A stretch of 64,000 bases of DNA, taken from the NCBI GenBank assembly GCA_963666055.2, contig CAXWPH010000015.1, forward strand, positions 1,696,001 through 1,760,000, read 5' to 3'. The notes below the pieces were generated by a model, which was given only the letters and a program-made list of their open reading frames with translations, was not told the DNA's origin and ran no database searches. Shown here one piece after another: positions 22,200 through 32,399 of this stretch. Origin of the DNA: Acidobacteriota bacterium (lineage in GTDB: Bacteria > Acidobacteriota > UBA890 > WLXD01). The position numbers and the translations under genes are program-made. Every line of letters begins with the position of its first letter. Within the stretch, counting starts at the first letter, position 1.

Positions 22200-22476
22200 T
22201 CCGGTGACGGTAGACTATGCCACCGCGGACGGCACAGCGACGGCGGGCGACGACTACATCGCCACGGACGAAGGCGCGGTGCTGGGCTTCGCGGTCACGC
22301 TCAGCCGCGCGGCGAGCGGCCTGCTGACCGGTCGACTACGGCACGACGGACGGCAGCGCGCAGGCGGGCGTGGACTACACGGTCCGCGAGCGGGACGCTC
22401 TCCTTCCAGGCGGGCGAGTCGTCGAAGACGATTGAGGTGGCGGTGCTCGACGACTTGCACGACGAAGGCGAGGAGA
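22200..22476 (+). pseudogene. Calx-beta domain relic
   Basis: VTVDYATADGTATAGDDY, FAVTLSRAASG, SGTLSFQAGESSKTIEVAVLDDLHDEGEE across broken frames. Confidence 0.7.
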
Positions 22477-23062
22477 TCCGAGACTGATGCCGGGATCGGA
22501 CGACTGCCGGCGACCGGGATCGCGCGCGGTCCAGTTCAACAGCGTCAGCGCGCGCCTCAAGCGGGCCGGTATGGAGCGGAGCAATGCTTCGTTCGTGGCA
22601 CGGGCTGCAGAGGGCGACGTCAAGGCGGTACGGCTCGGCCAGAGGATCTGGATAGATCCCTCAGCAGGGGCCTATGATATCTCCATGACCAGCTTTCGGA
22701 CTTTAGTGACGGTGCTCGCCGTGATTCACGCGGTGTTCGCAGGACTCACGGCCCTGCTTGGAGCATTCGCGAACGGTGGAGACGTTTGGCAACGGTTGCT
22801 GGTGATCCTCCTTCACCCTCTTGGCGCTGCGGGAGTGCTACTGCTCGTGTTGCGGCCCCGCCTCACCACGACGACGATCCTCGCCCTAGTGGCGCTCCTG
22901 ACGGCGAACGTGATCGCCGACCTACGCTTTGCGCAACTGATGGCCGCGGGCAGAGTGCTGGGAGATTGGGAGCTTGCGCTGACATTTTCGGTGGTTCCGG
23001 CGATCGGGATTGTCTACGCGCTGGCCCTGCTGCGCACGGCTCGCGGAATCGCCGGGTAAAGG
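22477..23062 (+). repeat. ~585-bp segment duplicated in inverted orientation at 31290-31874
   Basis: Near-identical sequence with scattered substitutions. Confidence 0.9.
22685..23059 (+). CDS. Four-TM hypothetical membrane protein, copy A
   Basis: MTSFRTLVTVLAVIHAVFAG..; frame conserved in both copies. Confidence 0.7.
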   Translation: MTSFRTLVTVLAVIHAVFAGLTALLGAFANGGDVWQRLLVILLHPLGAAGVLLLVLRPRLTTTTILALVALLTANVIADLRFAQLMAAGRVLGDWELALTFSVVPAIGIVYALALLRTARGIAG

Positions 23063-24091
23063 CGCGACGCCGGATCGATGTGGTCGATGTCACAGCGGCG
23101 ACGGCGAGGTCCTCGAGGTGTTTCTTGAGCGCGAAAACGGTGGAATCCTCGACCGACTCGGCGGAAGCGACCAAGTCGGACGTGCTGTTTTCAGCCAGCA
23201 GGTTTTCGATCTCTTCGGCGTGCTTGGATAGCTTCCTAACGGTCCCGGGTAACCCTGTCAAGCTCCGCAACGCATTGCTCATTTTCGTCTTCGGAATCGG
23301 CGTGGGAAGTCACTCGACTTTCCGCCGATGGGGCAAGGATGGTCCGGGACGTAGAAATACGGGCTCGTAACCACGCCCGCTCGGTAATTTCCTGTCCCGT
23401 ACGGAGCCAGCACAACGTCGCCCTCTGCAATGCCCTTACTGATAGTGTGCAACATCACGCAAGAGAGTCCGGCAGCTACTTTGGACTTCTCTGGATTGGC
23501 CCGCTGGTATACGGGATGAACTGTTTGTCGAACTCACCCGGGTTCTCAGGGAGTCTGCCGATGAGCTCCTCCTCGATTCGCCAGCCGCCGCCGAACCGCC
23601 CCTCTTCGATGCACTTCGCTGACGGAGCTGTGCTTCACGCTAAGCATGATCCGGTCCAAGACGTTCGCGAAGTGTCTGACGCCCCAGGAGCTCGAGACGA
23701 TACGGCGCTGTCTCGTCTGAGGTGACGAAAAGAGTCGAGCCGGGTTCCGGTGCGAGGGGCAGCGGCGCTGGCCGAAGCGGTGAGTTGCGACTTCGCGGTC
23801 GGGCAGTTCAGCGACAAGCGAGTCGTTCCGCCGGTACCTGGTGATGTCCGGTCGGGCGCTGCTGGAGATGGCGGCCACGCTGCCGCCTCGGGCGGTAGAG
23901 CGGCCGGCCGTGCCCAGGTCACCGGCGGAGGCTCGCCACCGAGCGCGACTAAGCCCCCGCTCGCCGGCAAGCGCTCGCGGGCCTGTTCAGTGGGGGGGCC
24001 TCGAAAGTCGGGGACCACCCAAATCCCCAGACCGCGCCAGCCGTCGCGTTTGTAAGCAAAACGATTTGGCAGGCATAAAATGTCTCCTCAA

Positions 24092-24335
24092 ATGAGAAAC
24101 CGCCGAGAGTCGCCGATGGACCCCGAAGTCGTCCGTCGCATGCGCTCGACGAAGCGCTACCAGCGGTTTCGCGCCGGCATCCTCCAGAAAGAGCCGTTGT
24201 GCCGTGCCTGCTCCGAGGCGGGCTTCACGGTCGGCGCCGAGCACATCGACCACATCGAGCCTGTGCACCTGGCGCCGGAGCGCTTCTGGGACCGCGACAA
24301 CATCCAGCCGATCTGCCGGGAGTGTCACGAGCGCC
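24092..24335 (+). pseudogene. HNH endonuclease copy 2, truncated after CRECH
   Basis: KEPLCRAC..EHIDHIEPVH..DNIQPICRECH; paralog of 15298-15702. Confidence 0.7.
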
Positions 24336-24379
24336 AACGGCTGCGAACCACGCATCCACCGGCGCGAGAGTCGGGGCGC

Positions 24380-24660
24380 CGAGGAACAGCACCGCGCCTT
24401 GTCCTTCCTCATCCGTCTTGGAGTGGCGCACGGTCTGGGGCCCCGTGTCATCCTCGGCACGCGCGATGTTGCTTACGCGCAGCGCGGACAGCTCCGAGAC
24501 CCGGAAGTCGCCCCGTTCGTGGCCTGGTTCGACAAGGATCACTTCGTGGTTGTGGAAGCCGTCGATCACCACGACGGGCGCTTGATCGTCCAGGATCCAG
24601 AACAAGGTCGAGCAAGCGGTGGCGCGCTCTATTACTCCGATGTGGAAGACCAATCTCACG
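24380..24660 (+). pseudogene. Peptidase C39-like fragment
   Basis: PFVAWFDKDHFVVVEAVD..LIVQDPEQGR (HFVV..DP motif); catalytic Cys region absent. Confidence 0.45.
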
Positions 24661-24694
24661 CTCTGCGTGGGTGCCCTCACCCTGGTAGCGACAA

Positions 24695-26711
24695 TTGTAG
24701 GCATCTTGATTTCCTATCTTTGGCGATAGGACCTCTTCGGCTAGATGAGCGGGCGCTCTCCGTAACGCCGTACTGCTTACCGCTCCTACTACCCCCCGTG
24801 TGTGTGTGGCCGGCGGATACCTCATCCGCCCGGCTCGAAGGGCCTAAGCGGCTGGCGCTTGTAGCGGTTGCAATTTCTGGGGCTCGCTCAGCCGCCATCA
24901 TCCCCTTATTGCCGCAGGCGATGGGACGCGCGTTGAGGCGATGAGGCCCCAGGATTTTCGACCTCGCGCCGTTCGATGGTGATGTCGTAATCGACCGCCT
25001 TCCGGTTCCTGCTGGCAACGCGCGTGAGCACGAACTGATAGTTCGTACGGCGCCGAGTCGGGACGCCGATGGATGTTTCGACCCAGCCGTCGCGACCTTC
25101 ACTCGTGGCAACGTCGCCATCAGGGTTTCGCACGATGGTCTTCAGGAACGGGGAGGCCGGGGCGTGTTCGACCCTGAACCGGTACTGGAAGACTCTTTCG
25201 CGGTGCCGCGATATCGAAAGCCGCACCGCGACATCCTCTCGCTCGAATGCTTCTAGGCGACCGGAGACTGTACGGACGTGTGTCCAGTTAGGTGACGGAG
25301 GAGGAGGCGATGAGGCACCAGGCTTTTCGACCTCGCGCCGTTCGATGGTGATGTCGTAATCGACCGCCTTCCGGTTCCTGCTGGCAACGCGCGTGAGCAC
25401 GAACTGATAGTTCGTACGGCGCCGAGTCGGGACGCCGATGGATGTTTCGACCCAGCCGTCGCGACCTTCACTCGTGGCAACGTCGCCATCAGAGTTTCGC
25501 ACGATGGTCTTCAGGAACGGGGAGGCCGGGGCGTGTTCGACCCTGATCCGGTACTGGAAGACCCTTTCGCGGTGCCGCGATATCGAAAGCCGCACCGCGA
25601 CATCCTCTCGCTCGAATGCTTCTAGACGACCGGAGACTGTACGGACGTGTGTCCAGTTAGGCGGCGGCGGTGGTGGTGGTGGTGGCGGCGGTGGCGGCGG
25701 TGGTGGTGGCGGCGGTGGTGGTGGCGGCGGCGGTGGTGGCGGCGGCGGTGGTGGGGCAGACGTGCAGCTCAGTTGCGCTCCTCCGCCTGTGAGCAGCACC
25801 TCGAGCGCAGCCCGCTCGGCGAGATCGACGCTCAATCCGTATTCCCGCTTTACCTGGATCACCCGGTTCGCGAACCACGCGCCGTGGCGAGCTGGCTGCC
25901 ATTCGGCGGCGTCGCGGTCACTTTTCTGCGACCGGTTGACGGTCGGGTCTGCGATCGTCAGGTTGTCGATGTCGCCGCCGAAGGCACGGCGACGATCGTC
26001 GGCGATCCCGCTGTCGTGCGCCTCAGCCAGCGCAACGATGTGCTCGATGTCCGTCGCGGCGGTTCCGGACGCCGTGATTTCAAACGCGATGCAGGAGTAG
26101 GGTGTGTAGACTTGCCCGTTCGCCTTCATCGTTGGCGGCAACGCCGCGATGATGTCGTCCTCGAGGCTGCTGTAGCCCGTCCCGAAGGCGTCACGGTCGT
26201 AGCCGGCCCGCGGCTGCTCTGGGCAGACCTTCAGCCCGCTCCAGGTCTCCGCGTTCGCTGGGCAGGCGCCCCCGGGCGGAGGCGGAGGAGGAGGAGGCGG
26301 CGGCTGTGCGTTAGGGATGTACCCGTTGGAGTTGGGGCTGCTCTCGCAGGCGACGCCATCGCCATCGCTATCGCTCGATCTGCTGCGCTGTAGCCAGTTG
26401 TAGATGATGCCGGTGCCGTCGCGATTGTCCCGATACGCTGGCAGCTTCAGGCCTTCGTCGCGCCCCGCCGCTTCACTGCATGTCAGGTCGCCGTTTCCGT
26501 TGGCATCCCAGTAGTCGAAGTCGTCGCGCGTTTGCGCGAAAAGAGGCGTAGCGACCAAGACACCGCAGCACAGAATGGCTGCGCATAGGATTCGGCGTCC
26601 CATCCAGGGTGCCTCCTTGGTTAGGCCTCGGCGTCGAGGGCGAACGCGATCGCGTGTCTGATGGCGTCAGCGCGGCGGACACGGTGACCTGCCCCCCTTT
26701 TCTGGTCCACT
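24695..26711 (-). repeat. Segment duplicated in inverted orientation at 46473-48064
   Basis: Almost identical sequence including 27 bp of an IS3 end. Confidence 0.95.
24906..26603 (-). CDS. Secreted modular nuclease: EF-hand/Excalibur-like Ca motifs + DUF1524-like HNH + poly-Pro + two C-terminal modules
   Basis: Signal peptide; DANGNGD, DSDGDGVACE; DIEHIVALAEAHDSG..NLTIADPTVNRSQKSDRD; 369-bp tandem duplication at the C-terminus. Confidence 0.75.
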   Translation of the reverse strand: MGRRILCAAILCCGVLVATPLFAQTRDDFDYWDANGNGDLTCSEAAGRDEGLKLPAYRDNRDGTGIIYNWLQRSRSSDSDGDGVACESSPNSNGYIPNAQPPPPPPPPPPGGACPANAETWSGLKVCPEQPRAGYDRDAFGTGYSSLEDDIIAALPPTMKANGQVYTPYSCIAFEITASGTAATDIEHIVALAEAHDSGIADDRRRAFGGDIDNLTIADPTVNRSQKSDRDAAEWQPARHGAWFANRVIQVKREYGLSVDLAERAALEVLLTGGGAQLSCTSAPPPPPPPPPPPPPPPPPPPPPPPPPPPPPPPPNWTHVRTVSGRLEAFEREDVAVRLSISRHRERVFQYRIRVEHAPASPFLKTIVRNSDGDVATSEGRDGWVETSIGVPTRRRTNYQFVLTRVASRNRKAVDYDITIERREVEKPGASSPPPPSPNWTHVRTVSGRLEAFEREDVAVRLSISRHRERVFQYRFRVEHAPASPFLKTIVRNPDGDVATSEGRDGWVETSIGVPTRRRTNYQFVLTRVASRNRKAVDYDITIERREVENPGASSPQRASHRLRQ

Positions 26712-27947
26712 GGAAGTGAGAGTCTCGGACCGAACATAGGGGTGTTATCGGTTCGCCAACGGCGGGGCAACGGAAGCAGCCGGAGGCTGCTGGAGTTGCG
26801 CTGCCGCGGCGAACTGGTGTGGAGTCAGGTCGTCCAGTGAGCTGTGCTCCCTGACGTAGTTGTAGTCTCGACGCCAGTACTCGACCTTGCACCGGGCGTC
26901 CTCGAGATCCGTGAACCAGTGCTGGTTGAGGCACTCGTCTCGGAACGAGCCATTGAAGCTCTCGATGAAGGCGTTGTCCACGGGCTTGCCAGGCCGGATA
27001 AAGCGTACCTCTACGCCCATCTCGTAGGCCCACGCGTCCAACGCCCGGCTCGTGAACTCGGGGCCGTTGTCGATCAGGATCTCCTTGGGTTTACCGCGTT
27101 GCTCCACGACCCGGCCCAACACCCGCGCGGCGCGGGCGCCCGTCAACGACGTGTCGACCTCGATCGCCAGGCACTCGCGACTGTACTCATCCAGCACGTT
27201 GAGCGTTCGGAACGACCTGCCGGTGGCCAGCGAGTCGCTCATGAAGTCCATCGACCACCGGTCGTTGGCCCCCTGTGGCGTGATCATCGGCACCCGCTGC
27301 ATCGATGCCACGCGCTTACGCTTGCGGCGCCGCACAGCCAGCCCTTCTCGTTGATACAGCCGGTACAAGCGCTTGTGGTTCACCTGCCAGCCTTCGCGTC
27401 GCACCATCACGTGCAGTCGGCGATAGCCGAACCGTGGCCTCTCGGCCGCCAGCTCACGCATCCGCTCGAGCAACGGTCCGGCTTGTTGCCGTCGAGCTCG
27501 ATACCGGCACGTCGATCGGTTCACACCCACGATCCGGCACGCGTGGCGCTCGCTCAGCCCCAAGCGCTGCTGCAGCCATGCCGCTGCTTGCCGCCGCATC
27601 GCGGGCGTCACCATTTTCGCGACACAACTTCCTTGCGCGCCTGGTTGTCCAGCGTCAGATCCGCCACGGCATTCTTGAGCCGCCGGTTTGTCACGCTCCA
27701 GCTCCTTGAGCCGGCGCGCCTCACTGATATCCAGCTCCCCGTACTTCGCCTCCCACCGATAGTAAGTGCCCTCGCTGAAGCCATGCTCCCGGCACACGTC
27801 CTTGACCGCCTCGCCGGCCTCCACCTGGCGCAGGATCCTGATGATCTGCTCTTTGCTATACCGCCTCTTCCTCATGTAGCCCTCCCGGCCCTAATCTAGC
27901 CCGGAGAACTCACACTCGCGTCGGATCAGTTTTCGGGGAGCACGTCA
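26685..27947 (-). mobile_element. IS3-family insertion sequence (IS407-like)
   Basis: TG..CA ends with imperfect IRs TGACCTGCCCCCCTTTTCTGGTCCA / TGACGTGCTCCCCGAAAACTGATCC; no matching target duplication seen. Confidence 0.9.
26745..27875 (-). CDS. IS3-family transposase (OrfA/OrfB)
   Basis: OrfA HTH MRKRRYSKEQII; DDE motifs WSMDF, DNGPEF, IESFNGSFRDE. Confidence 0.92.
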   Translation of the reverse strand: MRKRRYSKEQIIRILRQVEAGEAVKDVCREHGFSEGTYYRWEAKYGELDISEARRLKELERDKPAAQECRGGSDAGQPGAQGSCVAKMVTPAMRRQAAAWLQQRLGLSERHACRIVGVNRSTCRYRARRQQAGPLLERMRELAAERPRFGYRRLHVMVRREGWQVNHKRLYRLYQREGLAVRRRKRKRVASMQRVPMITPQGANDRWSMDFMSDSLATGRSFRTLNVLDEYSRECLAIEVDTSLTGARAARVLGRVVEQRGKPKEILIDNGPEFTSRALDAWAYEMGVEVRFIRPGKPVDNAFIESFNGSFRDECLNQHWFTDLEDARCKVEYWRRDYNYVREHSSLDDLTPHQFAAAAQLQQPPAASVAPPLANR

Positions 27948-28390
27948 CCCGGACAAGCTACGTGCCGGCAAATTAAACGCGCTGCAGGAGATCTTGACCG
28001 GTACCGGTGCCTCTCAGACAAGGGAATCCAGGCGATAGGGATAGCCTGCGTTAAGCGATCCCCGCCGACACCAGTGCTCGAACGAGTTTCGGCTGGGAGA
28101 GTCCGACTGTGACAGGATATCTCTCACCCCCGGGTCCCCGGCCGGCCCCCGGGGGCTCGAGGTTGGGCGCTATCGCCTCCAGCGTCCGGACGAGATCCCG
28201 GGCGCGGGGAGACTGGCCCGGACCCCAGCTACAGTTTGCTTGGCACGCTATATCCTGGGACGGCCGGACGGCCGGCCGCCCTACAGACTGAAAACAAGCC
28301 AAGAAAAACCCTCCGAAATCGAGCTCACGGCCCGCTGCGATCACGGCGGCAACCGAGAGTTCCACGTGCCGGCTGCTGACAGATGGAACC

Positions 28391-29139
28391 ATGCCTAAAC
28401 GACCATCCGCGCGGCGATCGTCGAGGCGGTCGAGTCCGGCCAGGTAGTTGCCGCGATCGCCGACGAACGCGGGCTGAGCGAGCGCGAGGCAGGGCCGTTC
28501 AAGGTGGCCGTGGTAGCGCTCCGCCGCATAATCGCTACGGCAGTCAGGTCCGGCCCTGGAGTTGCCGAGGTCGCCGCCCAGTGGGGGCTGAGTAAGCGTC
28601 GAGTGGCGCGGATCGTGGCGCTCGAGGTGTTGCGCCCTAGGATCGCCCAGGCGGTCAAGGACGGTCAGGGAGTTGCCGAAGTCGCTGCCGAGTACGGGCT
28701 GAGCGAGGACCTAGTGGAGCGGATGGTGGCGATCCAGTGGCTCGTGGTGCCGCGCTGGTGTGCTGCGATTGCCCAGGCGGTCGAGGGCGGCCGGAGGGTC
28801 GCTAAGCTAGCTGGCGAGTACGGGCTACGCGAGGACCTGGTGGAGCGGATCGCACGACACAAGGCGGCGCTCTACTACGCTCTGATCGAGGAGCTCCCGA
28901 AGGCGTACCGCGCTGTGATCGAGCGCAAGATAGTTGAGGCGGTCGAGGCCGGCCGGGGAGTTGCCGAGCTTGCCGCTGAATGCAGGCTGAGCGAGGACAC
29001 GGTGGAGATGATTGTGGCGGTCGCGTGGGCGGGCGATGCGATCGTCGAGGCGGTCGGGGCCGGCCGGGGAGTTGCCGAGGTCGCCGCTGCGTACGGCCTA
29101 CGCGAGGAGCAGGTAGAGCGGATCGTGGCGGCCGTGTGA
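28391..29139 (+). CDS. Protein of six tandem HTH-like repeats (probable 5' frameshift)
   Basis: Six copies of I(V/A)xAVxxGxxVAE(V/L)AxxYGLSExxVERIVA; first repeat lies upstream of the 28504 ORF start. Confidence 0.65.
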
Positions 29140-29478
29140 AGCAAGGCGGTGCACTGAGGTAAAAGATCGGCTGTGCCCCCGGCGCGATCCCATTGAGCGC
29201 GCGGGCGGCCGCCTGATCGTTACCAAGTCGTCGTCCTCGACGCTCGGAGCAGTGAGGCTCGGCTGGCCTCGACTTCCCGCGATCGGGCGCAGGACATGCG
29301 CGCGCATGTGAATCCACCTGCCTGGAACTGCGTCCTCGGGACAACTCTAGGGATTCTTCCAGCTGCTCCCAGTTATCATTTTGGTCGCGCCAGCATACCG
29401 TGAGTCATCCAATTGCCAGGAGCTGCCCTCCTGGGAATCGAAGGCGACGCTCGAACTCACAGAGGGAGACGAGGCCAT

Positions 29479-30399
29479 ATGCCGCTTTTCACGCTTCATG
29501 AGGCGAAGCTGGAGAGAGTCGGACAGTCCAATTTCCGAACTGAGAAGGAACTCCAGGGGCTGATCGAGGCCAACCTCGACGAGGTGTTCAAGTGCCGGCT
29601 CGTCGCCACCGAGTTCAGCACCGGTGCCCAACACGCCGGGCGCATCGATACACTGGCGCTCTCCGAGGAGAGTCACCCGGTGATTCTGGAGTACAAGAAG
29701 ATCGAGTCCTCGAGCCTCATCAATCAGGGCCTTTTCTATCTGGCGTGGCTTCACGATCACCGCGGTGACTTCGAGGTGGCAGCCCGGAGCGCGATCGGTG
29801 ATGTCGAGATTGACTGGTCTTCGGTGCGGGTGATCTGCATCGCACCGACCTTCCAGAAGTACGACCTATATGCGGCTCAGGTCATGGGGGCTAATCTCGA
29901 GTTATGGACGTACCGGTTGTTCGAGAATCAGTCGCTGTATCTAGAAGAGGTACTCCGGTCATCACTGGACTCCACCACGCCGGACACCCCGTCTGCGGGG
30001 CTTACAGCTGGCCAGAAGGCCGCCATCACTCGACAGACCGGCAGCTACACCTTCGAAGAGCATGTCGCCGGCAAACCGGCCCACATCCGAGAGATTGCTC
30101 TCTCCGCCCAGGAGTTCATCCTCTCGCTTGATCCGTCGATCCAGGAGGCCCCGAAGAAGTTCTACGTAGCGTACAAAGCGACTCAGAACATCGTCTGTAT
30201 GGACATTCAAAAGAAGCAGGTCCTGCTGTTCCTCAAGCTCGATCCGAAGGAGACGCAAGGGCCGTCTCCCATCTTCAAAGACCTCTCTGAGGTGGGGCAC
30301 TACGGCACGGGCGATTTCGGCCTCTATGTGAAGACCGTGGAGGAGTTCGACACCGCCAAGCCGTTCATCGAGATGGCGTATCAAAGAATCGGCGGCTAG
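29479..30399 (+). CDS. PD-(D/E)xK (NucS-like) nuclease + DUF5655 domain protein
   Basis: EKELQGLIEANL, GRIDTLAL..VILEYKK..INQGLFYL; C-terminal PKKFYVAYK..VGHYGTGD. Confidence 0.8.
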   Translation: MPLFTLHEAKLERVGQSNFRTEKELQGLIEANLDEVFKCRLVATEFSTGAQHAGRIDTLALSEESHPVILEYKKIESSSLINQGLFYLAWLHDHRGDFEVAARSAIGDVEIDWSSVRVICIAPTFQKYDLYAAQVMGANLELWTYRLFENQSLYLEEVLRSSLDSTTPDTPSAGLTAGQKAAITRQTGSYTFEEHVAGKPAHIREIALSAQEFILSLDPSIQEAPKKFYVAYKATQNIVCMDIQKKQVLLFLKLDPKETQGPSPIFKDLSEVGHYGTGDFGLYVKTVEEFDTAKPFIEMAYQRIGG

Positions 30400-31292
30400 C
30401 GCTCGCAGAGCTTGGCGACCCGAAACCGCGCCAAAGCAAGAACCGTCGTGGGGAAATGCCTACGACTCCCAGCATCACCTGGTTTCGCAAATGAAATGGC
30501 TGAGGGACGGATATCTATCACCCCCGGGTCCCCAGCCGGCGGGGGGGGGGGGCATAGTGGCCGATGATCGCCTCGACGTGAGTCCGTCTGGGAAGGCGGA
30601 CGGACGGGCGGACCTTGGCCAAGTCGGGGACAAGTCCATGATGGACAATGGATGGACAATGGCACGTTGAGCCACCTTTGGGTGCGCGGGGCGCTCGGGC
30701 GTTGCGGCGCAAAGGGTTTCCGGCGGACGAACCTCCCTATCTTTGGGTACTCGCGTCCCACCTTGAAGGAATCGACTGGCTGTCGACCGAACGCGTTTCG
30801 GCGGGGGGAGTCCGACTGTAGCCCAGATCCCTAGACGTCCTGGGGACCCGAGCGGCCCCCCCCCCCCCCCGGGGGGGGGGGGCGTTGTAGTGGATGTTTG
30901 AGGGCGGGCTCAGTCGGACGTCGCCGGCGTCGACCTCGAGGGCTCGGCCGCAGTCTGCGCCGGCCGCAACGGTCGTCGTCGCTCGTGCTCCACCGGCAGC
31001 AGCTTCGCCGCCATCTCAAGCAGCGCCTGGACAGACCCGTATACGCGTGCTCAGCCGTTGGGCCGACGCCGCAAGGTTCCACCCTGCCACCCCCGTCGCC
31101 TCGCGGCGACCGCCGCGGCTCCTTTTCGTCGGTCGTATCCATATCGGCGAAAAGAATCTCGGGATGCTCGCCGAGGTCAGTCGGCGGCCTGCGTAGCCCT
31201 GGACAGGGGGCCAGAGAGCCCTGTCGCGGCTCCGTGGCCTTCCTGGCGCCGCTGCTACGATTGCCTGAGCGTCTCCGGCTCCAGACGGAGCC

Positions 31293-31667
31293 TTATCCGG
31301 CCGTTCCGCGAGCCGTGCGCAGCAGGGCCAGCGCGTAGACAATCCCGATCGCCGGAACCACCGAAAATGTCAGCGCAAGCTCCCAATCTCCCCGCACTCT
31401 GCCCGCGGCCATCAGTTGCGCAAAGCCTAGGTCGGCGATCACGTTCGCCATCAGGAGCGCCACTAGGGCGAGGATCGTCGTCGTGGTGAGGCGGGGCCGC
31501 AACACAAGCAGAAGCACTCCCGCAGCGCCAAGAGGGTGAAGGAGGATCAGCAGCAACCGTTGCCAAACGTCTCCGCCGTTCGCGAATGCTCCAACCAGGG
31601 CCGTGAATCCTGCGAACACCGCGTGAATCACGGCGAGCACCGTCACTAAAATCCGGAAGCTGGTCAT
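31293..31667 (-). CDS. Four-TM hypothetical membrane protein, copy B
   Basis: Paralog of 22685-23059, same length. Confidence 0.7.
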   Translation of the reverse strand: MTSFRILVTVLAVIHAVFAGFTALVGAFANGGDVWQRLLLILLHPLGAAGVLLLVLRPRLTTTTILALVALLMANVIADLGFAQLMAAGRVRGDWELALTFSVVPAIGIVYALALLRTARGTAG

Positions 31668-31937
31668 GGAGATATGATAGGCCCCTGCTGGGGATCTATC
31701 CAGATCCTCTGGCCGAGCCGTACCGCCTTGACGTCGCCCTCTGCAGCCCGTGCCACGAACGAAGCATTGCTCCGCTCCATACCGGCCCGCTTGAGGCGCG
31801 TGCTGAAGCTGTTGAACTGGACCGTGCTCGATCCCGGCCGCCGGCAGTCGTCCGATCCCGGCATCAGTCTCGGACCACATCATCTACGCCGCCGACCGGT
31901 AACGAGACGCGAAGGACCTGCTGGGACTGACACTCTG

Positions 31938-32375
31938 ATGACGCTGATCGCGATGTTTCTGCTGCCGGGATGGGTTCTTGGATGCGCCAGCACGGCACCA
32001 TCACGGGGTGATCCGGTTCCAAACCCGGTCGTTCCGGGGCGTCTGTACGACCTTGGCAGCTCGGACCTACTAAACGCTGGCTTCGCGAGCGATCCAGCCA
32101 GCGCCGGTGAATTCGTCGTATCGCTATCCGACGGCCGTGTCCTCGTGGGCCACTACCAGGCCTTTGCGGACAAGCCCCCCGGGTGGGGCACGATCTTCCG
32201 GAAGCGGTCCCGCGAGTACCATACCGACGAGAGCGTCCACGGGATGCTGGCGGGTATCGCCACCGCGGCCGATTCGGAGCACTGGGTCAAGTGCGAGTAC
32301 GTGACCTTCGACTCGGCCACAGGCCACGGATACTGCGACAGCAGCTGGGATACGGTTTACAGGCTGCTGTTCTAG
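31938..32375 (+). CDS. Hypothetical lipoprotein
   Basis: Hydrophobic leader with VLGC lipobox. Confidence 0.55.
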   Translation: MTLIAMFLLPGWVLGCASTAPSRGDPVPNPVVPGRLYDLGSSDLLNAGFASDPASAGEFVVSLSDGRVLVGHYQAFADKPPGWGTIFRKRSREYHTDESVHGMLAGIATAADSEHWVKCEYVTFDSATGHGYCDSSWDTVYRLLF

Positions 32376-32399
32376 AGGGATGACGCGCGTAGTGGGCCG

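Noticed and set aside
23075-23990. Several short ORFs and fragments
   Set aside because: No recognisable motifs; I cannot support a specific call.
25438-26393. Poly-Gly and Arg/Trp-rich ORFs
   Set aside because: Alternate-frame readings of the poly-Pro tract.
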